Below the pieces are notes generated by a model. It saw only the letters and a program-made list of their open reading frames with translations, ran no database searches and was not told the origin of the DNA. The translations under genes and the position numbers were made by a program. This document shows positions 13,321 to 30,168 of a DNA stretch of 64,000 bases, one piece after another; positions within the stretch are counted from its first letter, which is position 1; each line of letters starts with the position of its first letter. The DNA comes from the human T2T-CHM13v2.0 reference genome, Homo sapiens, in the NCBI RefSeq assembly GCF_009914755.1, contig NC_060933.1; one strand, 5' to 3'.

Positions 13321-14670
13321 ATTTTATTATTTTGTTTGTAATAATAATAATAATAATGGTAATAGTATAGTATTATTGCTTTATTTTAATCTCTCGGGTC
13401 ATATATCAAATGATTGCTCATAATTTTTTTAACCTTACTTTTACCCAGTTGTCAGTTCCATGACTGGGTATTTTAATAATTCTTATTGAGAAGATTGGAG
13501 GAATGAAGTAAGACTAAAGCTATAATTGGTTAAAAAAAGAAAAAAAAAAAAAGAAAAATCCAGCAGGCATTCATATTAGCTAGAACAAAGAATATTTTGT
13601 CACTTCTGTGTAATATTTATAGAATGGTTTTAGCTTAATCCACCATGATCACAGAGTGGACTTGTCTAAAGTCGTTTTACATAAACAATTCTGTAAATTG
13701 TTTATGTACAACAGAAGAACAGCATAGCCTTTCTGTGAGTGTGCGGGCTCCTCCTGGCTGAGAGGTTGCTTTTCTCTTTCTCACTGTGCAGTATACCACA
13801 TTGCTGCAAGCTATTGTACAACAAAATCATGTCCAAGGGGGTGACCAGGGTAGTGAAGGATTTAAAACAATATTTTATGAATAATGCTTTAAAGAATTTG
13901 AATTAGGATTGAGGATTTTAGCCACAGAGAAGTGGATCATTGAGATTGACTAACTGACAACTATTTCCAAATATGTGAAGGTTGGTCACATATATGAGGT
14001 ATGTCTACGGTTGCTACTAAGTTGAATGGAAGTTTTTCAAAAATAGGAAAGCTATCATTTATTGTTAAACTGTAAGACATATAAAGCAGAAAAATGAGTA
14101 GTTCTTTTTCATGATGGGATATGCTGTCACTGGATGTATTCATAAAGAGTCTGGATAAACTGCTGGAGCTATTATGGTGGGACAGCAATTCATTAAATTG
14201 CATTGGATTACACTATATATCTTAAATTCTCTGGCTATAGAAACAGGTAAGATGAAATACAAAGATAGACTCCTGGATGACTAAGGCTCAAACTCAGACT
14301 TTTGTTTTATTTCATTAAAACAGAAAATATTCCACTTATCTCAATGTCCAATCTGTTCCATTCTCCATCTGACTTTCTCTGAGTAGACACAGATGAGCTA
14401 TAATCAGGGATTTGTAATTCTTCTGTAATGACAAATACATTAACATTCTCCCTGCCAATGACAATACTGCAAATTAATGCTTGTCCAAATTTCATTCATT
14501 TACTGAAGGGCAAGTTGGAAATGGTCCAAGGTTTTAAAACTGCCATAACCATTTGGGTAAGCTGTCAATAAGCTTTCCAGGAACTCTGAGCTTGACTTAA
14601 TTGAGAAGAGTAGTTTTTTGCCTGCTCTGCTCTTTGGATGTCTGGGAATGGGTGACCTTTTGAATCACTT

Positions 14671-17814
<3,144 letters not shown>

Positions 17815-18924
17815 TTATTGATCAGTCATTTATAAGATTTTTCAGGATGGCAGCAAATGGAAATGGAGACCTTAAGGGAAAAATTTGAAAGTCATCTTTT
17901 AAATTCTAAATAACTTTGGGATTTAAATATCTCTCTTTATTACAATGTAAGTTTTAAAATGAACATTAGTTCAAATATTTGGAGGATGCTGATGAGATCC
18001 TGTTGTCAGAATGCCTATCCCTGGCGTTGAATAGGCAGTTGACAATGGGGAACTGGGAGGAACTCCACTGGGCTGGTTAATGAAGGACTTAATGAATCTG
18101 ACCCTTTTTATATTGTGCTATTTGATTTGGCCACCAGAGCAATTGCCATTTTCACTTGACTGCTTTCATTCCTATCTTATCCATATTTGTGTTTCTTATA
18201 TTTCTGATCACAGAGTCACTGAGATAAAAAATGGATTTTAGAGAAGACATTGAAATTTACTATTAAATGACAGTCCATAAAGATTCTTTGGGGTATTTTT
18301 ATCATCATTCACACTTCTGAGAGGGTCTTGAGAGTGACCAGTCCTATACGCTGGTGACAGTCATAAAGCCCTCCCTCTAAAAGGAGTTCCCCTACAATTG
18401 ATGCCACTCTCCTCATTGTACCTTGCACAGTGATCGTCAAATAGTAATAGTATAACACATATAATAAGTGCTAGTTAAATACATTTTGGGATTATCTGCA
18501 TAAAGAATATTTTCACCTTTTGTTTTTATTTACATTGCTATTTGTGAGATTGTAAGACTATCTAAATAGCTATATGTAATTTTCCTTAGACTTCCCTAAT
18601 TTTCACTTTTCCTAACTAAAATGTAACAATATTGCATGAATAAAATTACTATGACTACTTTTCTATTAATAAAGTCTAAATGTTCCCATGCTATCTTGAG
18701 AAGTAAAATGTGTGCTGCTCTGTAAAGCAGCAAACTGGGCGTCATTGCTGGGAAACATCAAGACACCTAAAATCAACCTGCTTAATTCTCACCAGTCATA
18801 AAATTAAATGACGATAAATGTTAAATTCCCCAAATCAAGGTCACCATGATTATCCAAACAGGTCGCTGTGGAATAATAATTAATCCTGAGGACTTGGTGC
18901 TAGACCACTAAGATTCCTATGGAG

Positions 18925-19085
18925 TGTGACTTCAGACTTCTCCTTGTGCTTCCATTTCTGTAGGTATAAATATAGACAATTTTACCAACTTCACAGAGTG
19001 TCTGTGGAGATTAAATGACATAACAGTGTAAGGTATTTAGAACAATGCCTGGCACATTGTAGGTCTTCAGTATATGTTAGATAGT
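18925..19085 (+). mobile_element. MIR 3' fragment
   Basis: Contains GGAGATTAAATGACATAAC and AGAACAATGCCTGGCACATTGTAGG. Confidence 0.75.
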
Positions 19086-20861
19086 GATAATATATATGAA
19101 AAGTTTTAAAATTTCAAAAAAATCCAAACTTTTAGTCCTATAACTATAACGAATCCTCTTTAGAACAGTGGTAAGGATGTGGTACATGTACAATAACAAC
19201 AGCAGGACAGAGCTAGTAATTCAGTTGTCTCTGGAGAATCCTAGAAACATCATGCATATTGCTCGTAACTAACATATCTGTCACAGACATTGTGACTACC
19301 ATAATTGGATTCCTCATGTCCATTTTTCTGCAGGACAAAAAGAAAGTATAGACTCACCCTATTCAGAAAACACCACTCAGCACGGAAAATGTGAAGAGAA
19401 AAACAGAGAGACCCATTGTCAGTAGAAGTCAGTGCATTGTGACTTTGACATGAGAAAGCATAAACAGTAACCAAAACAGCAATAAGTAGAGAAAAGTTAT
19501 TCTGGGCTCTAAGAAGAACTGAAGTCTGACCAACAGAGGGACATATCAATTAGAAGTCAAATGAATCTGCTTTAGGACAAAACTTAAAGGAGTAAAATTC
19601 AAGCTTTTAAGGAAATTAGACTTTTAACAACTGAAGCTGTTTTTCCCCTTCAGACTGAAAATAGGAAGCAAGATTTGGAAGCACATTTTACTTGTATATC
19701 CTCTCACGAAGTCGATTAAATCGAACCTTGATAGGGGAAAGAAGCAAAAAGTTCAATACTAGCATCAAACAACTGTAGAGAACAGCAGAGAAGCAAATAG
19801 AAAAAGAAAAAGAAGATATATGGTATTTTAGAAGGAAGAAGAGGGAAGTTGAAGAAAGAGGTAGAAGAGAAGGGAAGAATGTAAGAATAAAATAAATGAA
19901 ACAGGAGATTTGGGGGAAAATCATTCTCTTTTAGTAGCAGGGAGAATGAGACTAATGATGCAGGGGAAAATGACAGAACATGAAAAAAAAAAACTTAAAC
20001 CTAAATGTTCCACCTGTGCAATTGTACCCAATTGATCTGTCAGTTTTTAAAAGCTAAGTAAAATGTGTTGTGAGGGATACACTGGGGGGTATGCATCTGA
20101 GTCAGTGGCGATTCACAACCACAGTGGGATATCAGTGAATTGAGCTGGTTGGAGGTCCTATCTCTTAGATTAGACATAAAGAATCATGGTTATTAAAAGT
20201 CCCATAGTATTTTGGCTAACATAAAGAAGTTAATTTTGTACATTGGGCAGATTCCAGCAAAGAAATTATGTCTATGTCCACATAGGGAGTATGTGTGTGT
20301 GCACATACGGGGGTGTGTGTGTGTGTTTTAAATAAACTTTGTGTTGCAGCCATGGAAAACTATCCTCCTCTCCCTATTTTCTTAACTGGTAAGGGAATTT
20401 TTCTTCTCTTTGATGTTTTAGTATTGATAAAAGCAGAAAATCACAATACCTAAAGTTGCACTTCCAAATAATATTCAGAAACTCTTTAGAGTTTAATCTT
20501 TTTGAAAAGCTACTAAAACTTGAATTACTGTTTCCCTCTTCAGGGTATTTTAAGAAATCAAACAAGTATTTTTTTATTATGTAAAAATAATTCTAATAAA
20601 ATTTGATTCTAGAATGTTTATTTAAAATGATGCTAGAGGATGTAAATCATTTGTTCATATTCTAAAATAAGTGATCTTTAGTAGATAAATATAAATTTTC
20701 TTAATTTGGTTTCTAAATGTTTGTCAGAACCAGGCACACATTCATTTATTCACAATTCAAAATATAGTGCAGTATGTCAGGCCTTCAAACTTAGGAGATA
20801 GGATCATTTAGGCACAAATTCTGCCCTTTAGACATTCAGACTATCAAGATATTTATAGGAG

Positions 20862-21285
<424 letters not shown>

Positions 21286-21609
21286 TTACATAGTGTAATG
21301 TTTTCAAATATGTATCAGAATTCAAGTGAATCCCTCAAAGAACACAAGTGACAAGAGACAATATATAGTGCTAAGAGAATGCTGGAGTCAAGCTTACCTC
21401 TAGAGATATCTACCATCTGTAAGGGACTTAGAGGCTGGATTTTAACAGCCCTTGGGCTGATCACAGGGAAAAAAAGGGGAGGTCTGGAGCTTGAGCAGAT
21501 CCGAGAGAGAACTAACAATGGAAAATTAACAATAGTTAAAGTAACACTTACCAATACTTTGAGAGCAGCTAATGTGATTTTTGAGGAAAATTTATAGCCC
21601 TAAGAGGTT

Positions 21610-21990
21610 TATTGGTATTTTTAAAAAGGCTAAAAGCTAATGTGCTAGTAATTGACTTAAGAAACAACAACAACAAAACACCTAAGGAAAAGGAAAAGCA
21701 AAGAAACTATAAGAAATGAAACAATAAAGAACAGAAATTACTGGGAACAATATAATAGGGTGTCATCAAAGGCAGAAGTTGGTTCCTTGCTAAAACTAAT
21801 AAAGATGATGAACCTTAGGCAAGACTGAGCAAGAAAAAAAGAGAAAGCAAGAGAAAATAAATGATATTAAGGAGTAAAAAGGAGACAAAACTCAATATGA
21901 AAAAAAGTTAAAATGAGATTAATAGAGCCGACTTTATGTCCATAAATTTTCCCATTTCACCTGAAAAACTGTAAAACACCCAAATGAACT
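21610..21990 (+). mobile_element. Old L1M ORF2 fragment
   Basis: AGAAGTTGGTTCCTTGCTAAAACTAATAAAGATGATGAACCTTAGGCAAGACTG resembles the ORF2 segment SWFFEKINKIDKPLARL. Confidence 0.65.
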
Positions 21991-23684
21991 CAATTATTAT
22001 ATCTGTGCTATATATCCATTGTCAGATAAATACCTTATTACATATTAGATTTATTTAACCTTTATTTCATCTAGTTCTATAATAAATATATACATAATAC
22101 CACTAGATCTTATGTTGGTGCCTTTTTACTTTTCTGTTGTCTGAACTTCATTCTAGATGGATTACTCAAGAAGGGCTTATAGAAATCATATTTCTTGAGT
22201 TTTTGACTGTTAAAAATACTTTGTGCCCTTTCACTTGAATGTCACTATTTCTAGTTATAAAATGTTGGGCTCCCATTTTCTTTCCTTGAGTATCTTAAAC
22301 ATCTCAATTTTCTTCTAATATGAAATATTGCTATTAAAAATCCAGTAACAATCTATTTTTTCTTATAATTTGTTCTTTTTATTTATATGCCTAAATGAGT
22401 TTTATGTAAAGTCAACTACGTTTAATAGGCTATGACTCAACGTTGGTTGTTGTAGTCAGTATTTTCGGGTATGCAGCTATGCATTTTATTATGTAATTTC
22501 TATTTTACGCTAGCATAAAATTCACAGCTTTAACCATTTTTAAGTTGTACAATTCAGTGGTTTTTAGTACTTCACAAGGTTACAAAACCACAACTACTTT
22601 CTAATCCAAGAATATTTTTATCATCCCAAAATAAACCTGACAGCCATTAAGCTACCACTTCTCATTCCACTCTCCTCTTAGCCCCCGCCCACCACTAATC
22701 TGCTTTCCACCTCTATGAATTTGATTAATCTGTACAAATGAAATCATACAATATGTGGACTTTTATGTCTGTCTTTGTTTTCTTTAGCATAATGTTTCAA
22801 GGTTCATGCAGATTGTGGCATGTATCAGTACTTCATTCCTTTATGTGGCTAAGTAATTTTCCATTATATGCATATACAATATTTTATATAACCATTCATT
22901 ATTAGATGAACATTTGGGTCATTTCCACATTTTTGTTGTTATAAATAATGCTGCTGTAAATGTTTAGGTACAAGCTTTTGTTTTCAATTCCCATTGATAT
23001 ACAGCAATAATTGGAATAGTGAGGATCATCAAATTCTTCCACAACAGCTGCACCATTTTGTGTTCCCACCAGAAATATAGTAGAGTTGCAATTTTTTCAT
23101 ATCCACGTATTTTTCTTGTTCTTTTTTCTTTAAATTATGGCATCCTCATGAATGTGAAGTTGTATCTCGTTATGGTTTTAATTTGCATTTCATCAATGAG
23201 TAATGATATTGAGCATCTTTTCATGCTCTTATTGGCGATTTATATGTCTTCTTGAGATAAATATCTACTCAATATTTTTGCCCATTTTAGAATTTGGCTT
23301 TCTTATTTGTTGTTGGATTATGTAAGTTATTTATATATTTTGGATTTTTGCAAATATTATCTCCCATTCTATGAATTGTCTTTTCACCTTCCTAACAGTT
23401 TTTTTAATGCACAAACATTTTAAATTTTGTTAAAGTCTAATTATCATATTTTTCTTCTTTAGTTGCTTGTCCTTTTGGGTCATCTCTAGGAAGCCATTGC
23501 CAAATACAAGGTCATAAATATTTACCTCACATTTTCTTCGAAGAGTTTTATAGTTTAAGCTCTTATATTGAATTGATTTTTACAAGCGGCATGAAAAAGA
23601 TGTCCAAATTTATTCTTTTGTATGTGAATATCCAGATATCCCAGCACCATTTGTTGAAAGTGTTATTATTTCCCAGTTGAATCG

Positions 23685-24080
23685 TGTCTTAGTCCATTTT
23701 GTGATGGTATGATGAATACCATAGATTACGTAATTCATAAGAACAGAAATTTGTTATCTCACAATTCTGGAGGCTGGAAGTCTAAGATCAAAGAGCTACA
23801 TGCGGCAAGAGCCTTCTTTATGCATCATCCCATGGTGAAAGGGCAAAGAGAAGGGGAGAGAGAGAATAAAAGGAGAGAGTGAAAACGTCAAAATCTTTTA
23901 ATAATGGCTAAATAATAAACCCTATCAATAACAAACCCTCTCTTGCAATGGCAGCATTAATTCATTCACTCTGTCTTCATGGCCTAATCACCTCTCATTA
24001 GGCCCCACCTCCCAACACTATTACATTAGGGATTACATTTCCAACACATGCTAATTGGAGGACACATTCAAACCATAGAA
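23685..24080 (-). mobile_element. MaLR solo LTR (MST/MLT1A-like)
   Basis: TGTCTTAGTCCATTTTG...TTCTGGAGGCTGGAAGTCTAAGATCAA...GACACATTCAAACCATAG. Confidence 0.85.
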
Positions 24081-24091
24081 AATTTTCTTGG

Positions 24092-24370
<279 letters not shown>

Positions 24371-25238
24371 AGAAAATTTTCTTGGCATGTTTGTCAAAAA
24401 TAAGTTGATCATAGATGCCAATTTTCTGTATTCTCCTTTCTATTCCATTGTTCTCTATATCTATTCTTATGATAATATCACACTGATTTGATTATTGTTG
24501 ATTTATAGTAAGTTTTGGAATCCGGAAGTATGAGTCCCCAGCTCTGTTATTTTTTATCAAGAGAGTTTTGCTATTCTGTGTTCCTTGAAGAAATTCCATA
24601 TGAATTTTAGCATATGCACGTTCGTTTCTACAAAAAGGCAGTAAATATGATATAGACTGCATTAAATCTGTACATCAATTTGGGGAGAATACTAATCTTA
24701 ACAATATTGTGTATTCCAATTCATACCACATGATGTCTTTCAATTTATTTAGGTTTTTTAAAATCTACTTTCATAGTGTTTTACAGTACTCAGTGTACAT
24801 ATCTTGTAACTTGTTCATTAGATCTATTTGTAAGTATTTTAGGTTTTTAATAGTATTTAAATGGATTTTTCATTAATTTCCTTATTGGAATGCTAATTGC
24901 TAATGTATAGAAATACAATTGACTTTAGTATGCTGATCTTATATCCTGATACTTTGTTACATGTGCTAATTCACTCTAACCTATTTTTTTCTGTACATGC
25001 AGTCTTTAGGGTTTTCTGTGTAAAAATCACATCATCTTTAGATAGAAAGTTTTATTTCTTTTTTCTCAATTAAATATATTTTATTTTTTCTTTTATAATT
25101 TCATTTCTAGAGCTTCCAGTACAATGTAGGATAGAATTGGCAAGAGTCAACCTCCTTGACTTGTTTTTGATCTTTAGGAGAAATCTTAACCCTTACCCAT
25201 TAAGCATAATGTTAACTGCTAGTTTTTCATAAATACCC

Positions 25239-25784
25239 CACAGGAAGACAAGTCCCTGAATAATTTTGACTGACCTAAGTAGGTTTTCTCCCTCTTTTAT
25301 GCATAATGTACTGAGAATGCAAATTTCTGAAATAATGAAGAAATGTTTGAAACAACTTGGACTATGTCCTTGTTTCCTCCAGAACAGAATATTCTGCAAT
25401 GCTTGAGCTCAACAATCGAAGTTGTGTCCAGGGTATAAAACACAGAGCTGAGTGGTTTCATGATCCTTCAGATATAGTATGACTGGGGACATGAACAGAA
25501 AAAGCTCCATGTCCCTGGGCAGCTTTCCTGAGACTTAGGGGACTTATTCACCAGGGTTCCTTGGCTTCTGTTTATACTTGGTGCCTCTCATTAATAGAGG
25601 TGCTTTGCCTGCCTTGTTGTGCAAGTGTTCTGTCTCTCAGACTCATGCAAGTAGTAAAGATACTGGGGCTTCTTTTGCTGCTCACAGGTGCTCTCATGAA
25701 ACTGGGACTGCTGTGGCAACTGGGTATGTTTTTTGGTCCATCCACACCTAAAAACCCTTGCAGAAATTAGTGTAAACCTTTCCA
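25239..25784 (+). mobile_element. Solo LTR, probably ERVL class (MER54/MER73/MER74/LTR53-like)
   Basis: 546-bp insertion that splits the L1M, flanked by 5-bp TSD TACCC (25234-25238, 25785-25789). Has GGGTATAAAA near 25431, an AGTAAA signal and a CA terminus. The left terminus reads CA rather than the expected TG. Confidence 0.65.
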
Positions 25785-26171
25785 TACCCTTTACTGATTT
25801 AAGGAAGTTTTCTTCTATGTTTAGTTGATTGTGTGCTTTTTTTTTTTTTTATCGTAAATGAGTTTTGGATTTTTTCAAATCCTTTTTCTACATTAATTGA
25901 AGTAATTGTGTGGATTTTTATGGTATATTACATACATTGACTTTTCTATGTTGAACCACCTTTGCGTTCTTGAAATACATTCCACTGGGTTATGATGTAT
26001 AATCCTTTTAACATGATGCCAAATATAACTTGCTAGCATTTTGTTGGAGGTTATTATATCTATATTCATAAGGTATACTGGTCTTCAATTTCCTTTTCTA
26101 ATGATGTCATTGTCTGACTTAGAAGTGAAGATAACACTGGCTTCATGAATGACTTGAAAATTTTTCCCTCC

Positions 26172-28477
26172 ACATATAGTTTGGCTGTGTCTCCACCCAA
26201 ATCTCATCTTGAATTGTAACTCCCACAATTCCCATGTGTCATGGGAGGAACCTGGTAGGAGGTGATTGAATTATGGGAGAGGGTCTTTCCTGCACTGTTC
26301 TCATGATAGTGAATGGGTCTCATGAGGTCTGATGGTTTTAAAAAATCAGGGTTTCCCTGTACAAGTTCTCTTCTCTTATCTGCTGCCATGTGAAATGTGT
26401 CTTTCACCTGCCACCATGATTGTAAGGCCTACCCAGAAACGTGGAACTGTAAATCCATCAAACCTCTTTCTTTTGTAAACTGCCCAGTCTTGGGTATGTA
26501 TTTATCAGCAGCAAGGAAACAGACTAATACAGTAAATTGGTACCAGTAGAGTGGGGCACTTCTGAAAAGACACCCAAAAATGTGGTAGTGACTTTGGAAC
26601 TGGGTAACAGGCAGAGATTGGAACAGTTTGGAGGGCTCAGAAGAAGACAGGAAAATGTGGGAAAGTTTGAAACTTCCTAGAGACTTGTTGAATAGCTTTG
26701 ACAAAAATGCTTACAATAATATGGACAATGAAATTCAGGCTGAGGTGGTCAAAGAGGGAGATGAGGAACTTGTTGGGAACTGGAGCAAAGGTGACTCTTG
26801 TTATGTTTTAGCAAAGAGACTGGCAGCATTTTGCCCCTGGCCTAGAGATTTGTGGAACTTGGAACTTGAAAGAGATGATTTAGGATATCTGAGAGAGGAT
26901 ATTTCTAAGCAAAAAAGCATTCAAGATGTGACTTTGGTGCTGTTAAAGGCATTCAGTTTTACAAAAGAAGCAGAGCATAAAAGTGGAAATTTGCAGCCTG
27001 ACATTGCAATAGAAAAGAAAATCCCATTTTCAAAGGAGGAATTCAAGCCAGCTGCAGAAATTTGCATAAGTAACAAAGAGCTGAACGTTAACCCCCAAGA
27101 CAATGGGGAAAAGGTTTCCAGAGCATGTTAGAGGTCTTAGCAGCAGCCCCTCTCATCACAAGACCGGAGGCCTAGGAGGAGAAAATGGTTCTGTGGGCTT
27201 GCCCATAGGTTACTCTGCAGTGTGCAGCCTAGGGACTTGGTACCCTGTGTCCCAGTCACTCCAGCCATTGCTGAAAGGGGCCAATGTAGAGCTTGGGCTG
27301 TGGCCTCAGAGGATGCAAGCCTCAAACTTTGACAGCTTCCGCATTGTGTTGAGTCTGCCAGTGCAAAGAAGTCAAGAATTGCGATTTGGGAACCTCTGCC
27401 TAGATTTCAGAGTATATATGGAAATGCCTAAATGTCTAGGCAGAAGTTTGCTGCAGGGGAGGGGCTCTCATGGAGAAACTCTGCTAGGGCAGTGCAGAAG
27501 GGAAATGTGAGGTTGGAGCCCCCACACAGAGTCCCTACTGGGGCAACACGTAGTGGAACTGCGAGAAGAGGGCCATATCCTCCAGAACCCAGAATGATAG
27601 ATTCACCAACTTCTTGCATCGTGTACCTGGAAAAGCTGCAGACACTCAATGCCAGCCCATAAAAGCAGCTGAGAGGGAGGCTGTTCCCTGAAAACCCACA
27701 GGGACAGAGCTCCACAAGACCATGGGAACCCACCTCTTGATCAGCATGATCTGGATGAGAGACATGGAATCTAAGGAGATCATTTTGGAGCTTTAAGAAT
27801 TGACTGCCCTGCTGGATTATGGACTTGCATGGGGCCTTGTAGCCCCTTTGTTTTGGCCAGTTTCTCCCATTTGGAACAGCTATATTTACCCAATGCTTGT
27901 ACCCCCATTGTATCTAGGAAGTAACTAACTTGCTTCTGATTTTACAGGCTCATAGGTGGAAGCGACTTGCGTTGTCTCAGAAAAGACTTTAGACTGTGGG
28001 CTTTTGGGTTAATGCTGAAATGAGTTAAGACTTTGGGGCACAGTTGGGAAGACATGATTGGTTTTGAAATGTGAGAAGATGAGGTTTGGTGGGTCCAGGA
28101 GCAGAATGATATGCTTTGGCTGTGTCCCCACACAAATCCCATCTTGAATTGTAACTCCCACAATTCCTATGTGCCAGGGGAGGAAGTCAGTGGGAGGTGA
28201 TTGAATTGGGTGGGGGGAGGGCGGGTCTTTCCTGTGCTGTTCTTATGATACTAAATGAACCTTACAAGAGCCAATGGTTTTAAAAAACGGGAGTTTCCCT
28301 GCACAAGCTTTGCCTCTGCCATTCACGTAAGATGTGACTTGCTCCTCCTTGCATTCTGCCATGATTGTGAGGCCTCCCCAGCCATGTGGAACTATAAGTC
28401 CAATTAAACCTCTTTCTTTTGTAAGTTGCCCAGACTCAGGTATCTCTTTATCAGCAGCATTAAAACAGACTAATACA
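26172..28477 (+). mobile_element. Complete THE1 (THE1A/B) MaLR element: LTR 26172-26531, internal region 26532-28106, LTR 28107-28477
   Basis: Both LTRs match TGATATGGTTTGGCTGTGTC...GACTAATACA. The internal region starts GTAAATTGGTACC. Broken THE1-int ORF at 26628-27131. TSD CCTCC/TCTCC. Confidence 0.95.
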
Positions 28478-29830
28478 TCTCCTATTCTATTTTTTGCAAA
28501 AACTTGAGAGGAAGTGGTGTTAATTCTTTAGATCTTTAGTAGAATTTATCATTGAAAGCATCTTGTCTTAGGCTTTTCTTTGTTGGAAGTTTTTATTATT
28601 ATCTTTACTATTTACTACATCTATTTAAATAGATCTTGTAATCAGTACTGGTCATGTTTTTCTTTGTCCCTTGTAACAAATTTGACTTAAAGTCTAGTTT
28701 GCCTGGTATTAGTATAGCCACTCTGGCTCAGTATAGTCACTCATGGAATATGTTTTTTCATACTTCGGTTTACAAACTACTTGTGTCTTTATATTTAAAG
28801 TGAATCTCTGACAAACAGCATATAGTTGGATTATTTTAGCTCATCTTATGAAGGTATCTTTTAATTATAGAGTTTAATATATCTAAAATGTAATTAATTA
28901 TAATGAATATAATTATTAATAAGGAATAAGTTATTTTTCCCATTTTGTTATTTGCTTTCTATATCTTGTACTTTTATTTTTGTCTCACAACACATCCCTT
29001 GCTGCCTTCTCTTATGTTAGATAACTATTTTAAGTGTTCCATTTTAATTCCTTTCTTATTACCTTTACTAAATGATTTCTGGTTATTTCTTAGTGGATCC
29101 TTTGGAGATTACAAAAGAAATCCTAATTTATAACAACATTATTATATCATTTGAATTAATGTCATATAGTGTACACTAGTTACTTTCTTCCTGTCTCCCC
29201 TTTATTGATTTTTATGCCACAAATTCCATTTTTATTTATAGTGTGCCCATTAACATAGATTTATGATGACTGTTTTGTTTAACTGTTTTTTTAAAATCAA
29301 GAAGGACAAGAAAAAGAATTACAAACCGAAATTATATTAATACTGAATTTTATATTTACCTGTGTAGTTGCCTTTTGTGTGGATTGCCTTTATTCTTTTG
29401 TGTGGATTTCAGCTACAGCCTAGTGTACTTTCACTTTAGTTTAAAGGACTCCTTTTAGTATTTCTTATAAGGCATATCTACCAGAAACACACTTTTAGTT
29501 TGTGTGTCTGTGGGAATATCTTACTTCCTTCTTCATTTGTGAAGTCGGTTTTAGCCAAATACAGAATTCTTTGTTGATTTTTTTTTTCCTTTCAGCGCTT
29601 TAAATATGCCTTCCCACAGTCTTCTGGCTTTCATAGTTTTTTTTTTTTTTTAATGAGAATTCAGCTGTTAATCTTATGGTGAATCCCTTGTATATGATGA
29701 GTCTCTGCTCTCTTGCTGGTTTTAGGTTTCTTTTTGGGTTTATTTTCAGTTTTGATCTTTTTGCGTTTATGCACCTTGACATTAATTAAGTTTCTTGTAT
29801 ATGCAGATTCAGGTATTTCACCAAATCTGA

Positions 29831-30168
<338 letters not shown>

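Noticed and set aside
26628-27733. Cluster of 100-167 aa ORFs
   Set aside because: Broken THE1 internal ORF and its alternative frames, with no sign of domestication.
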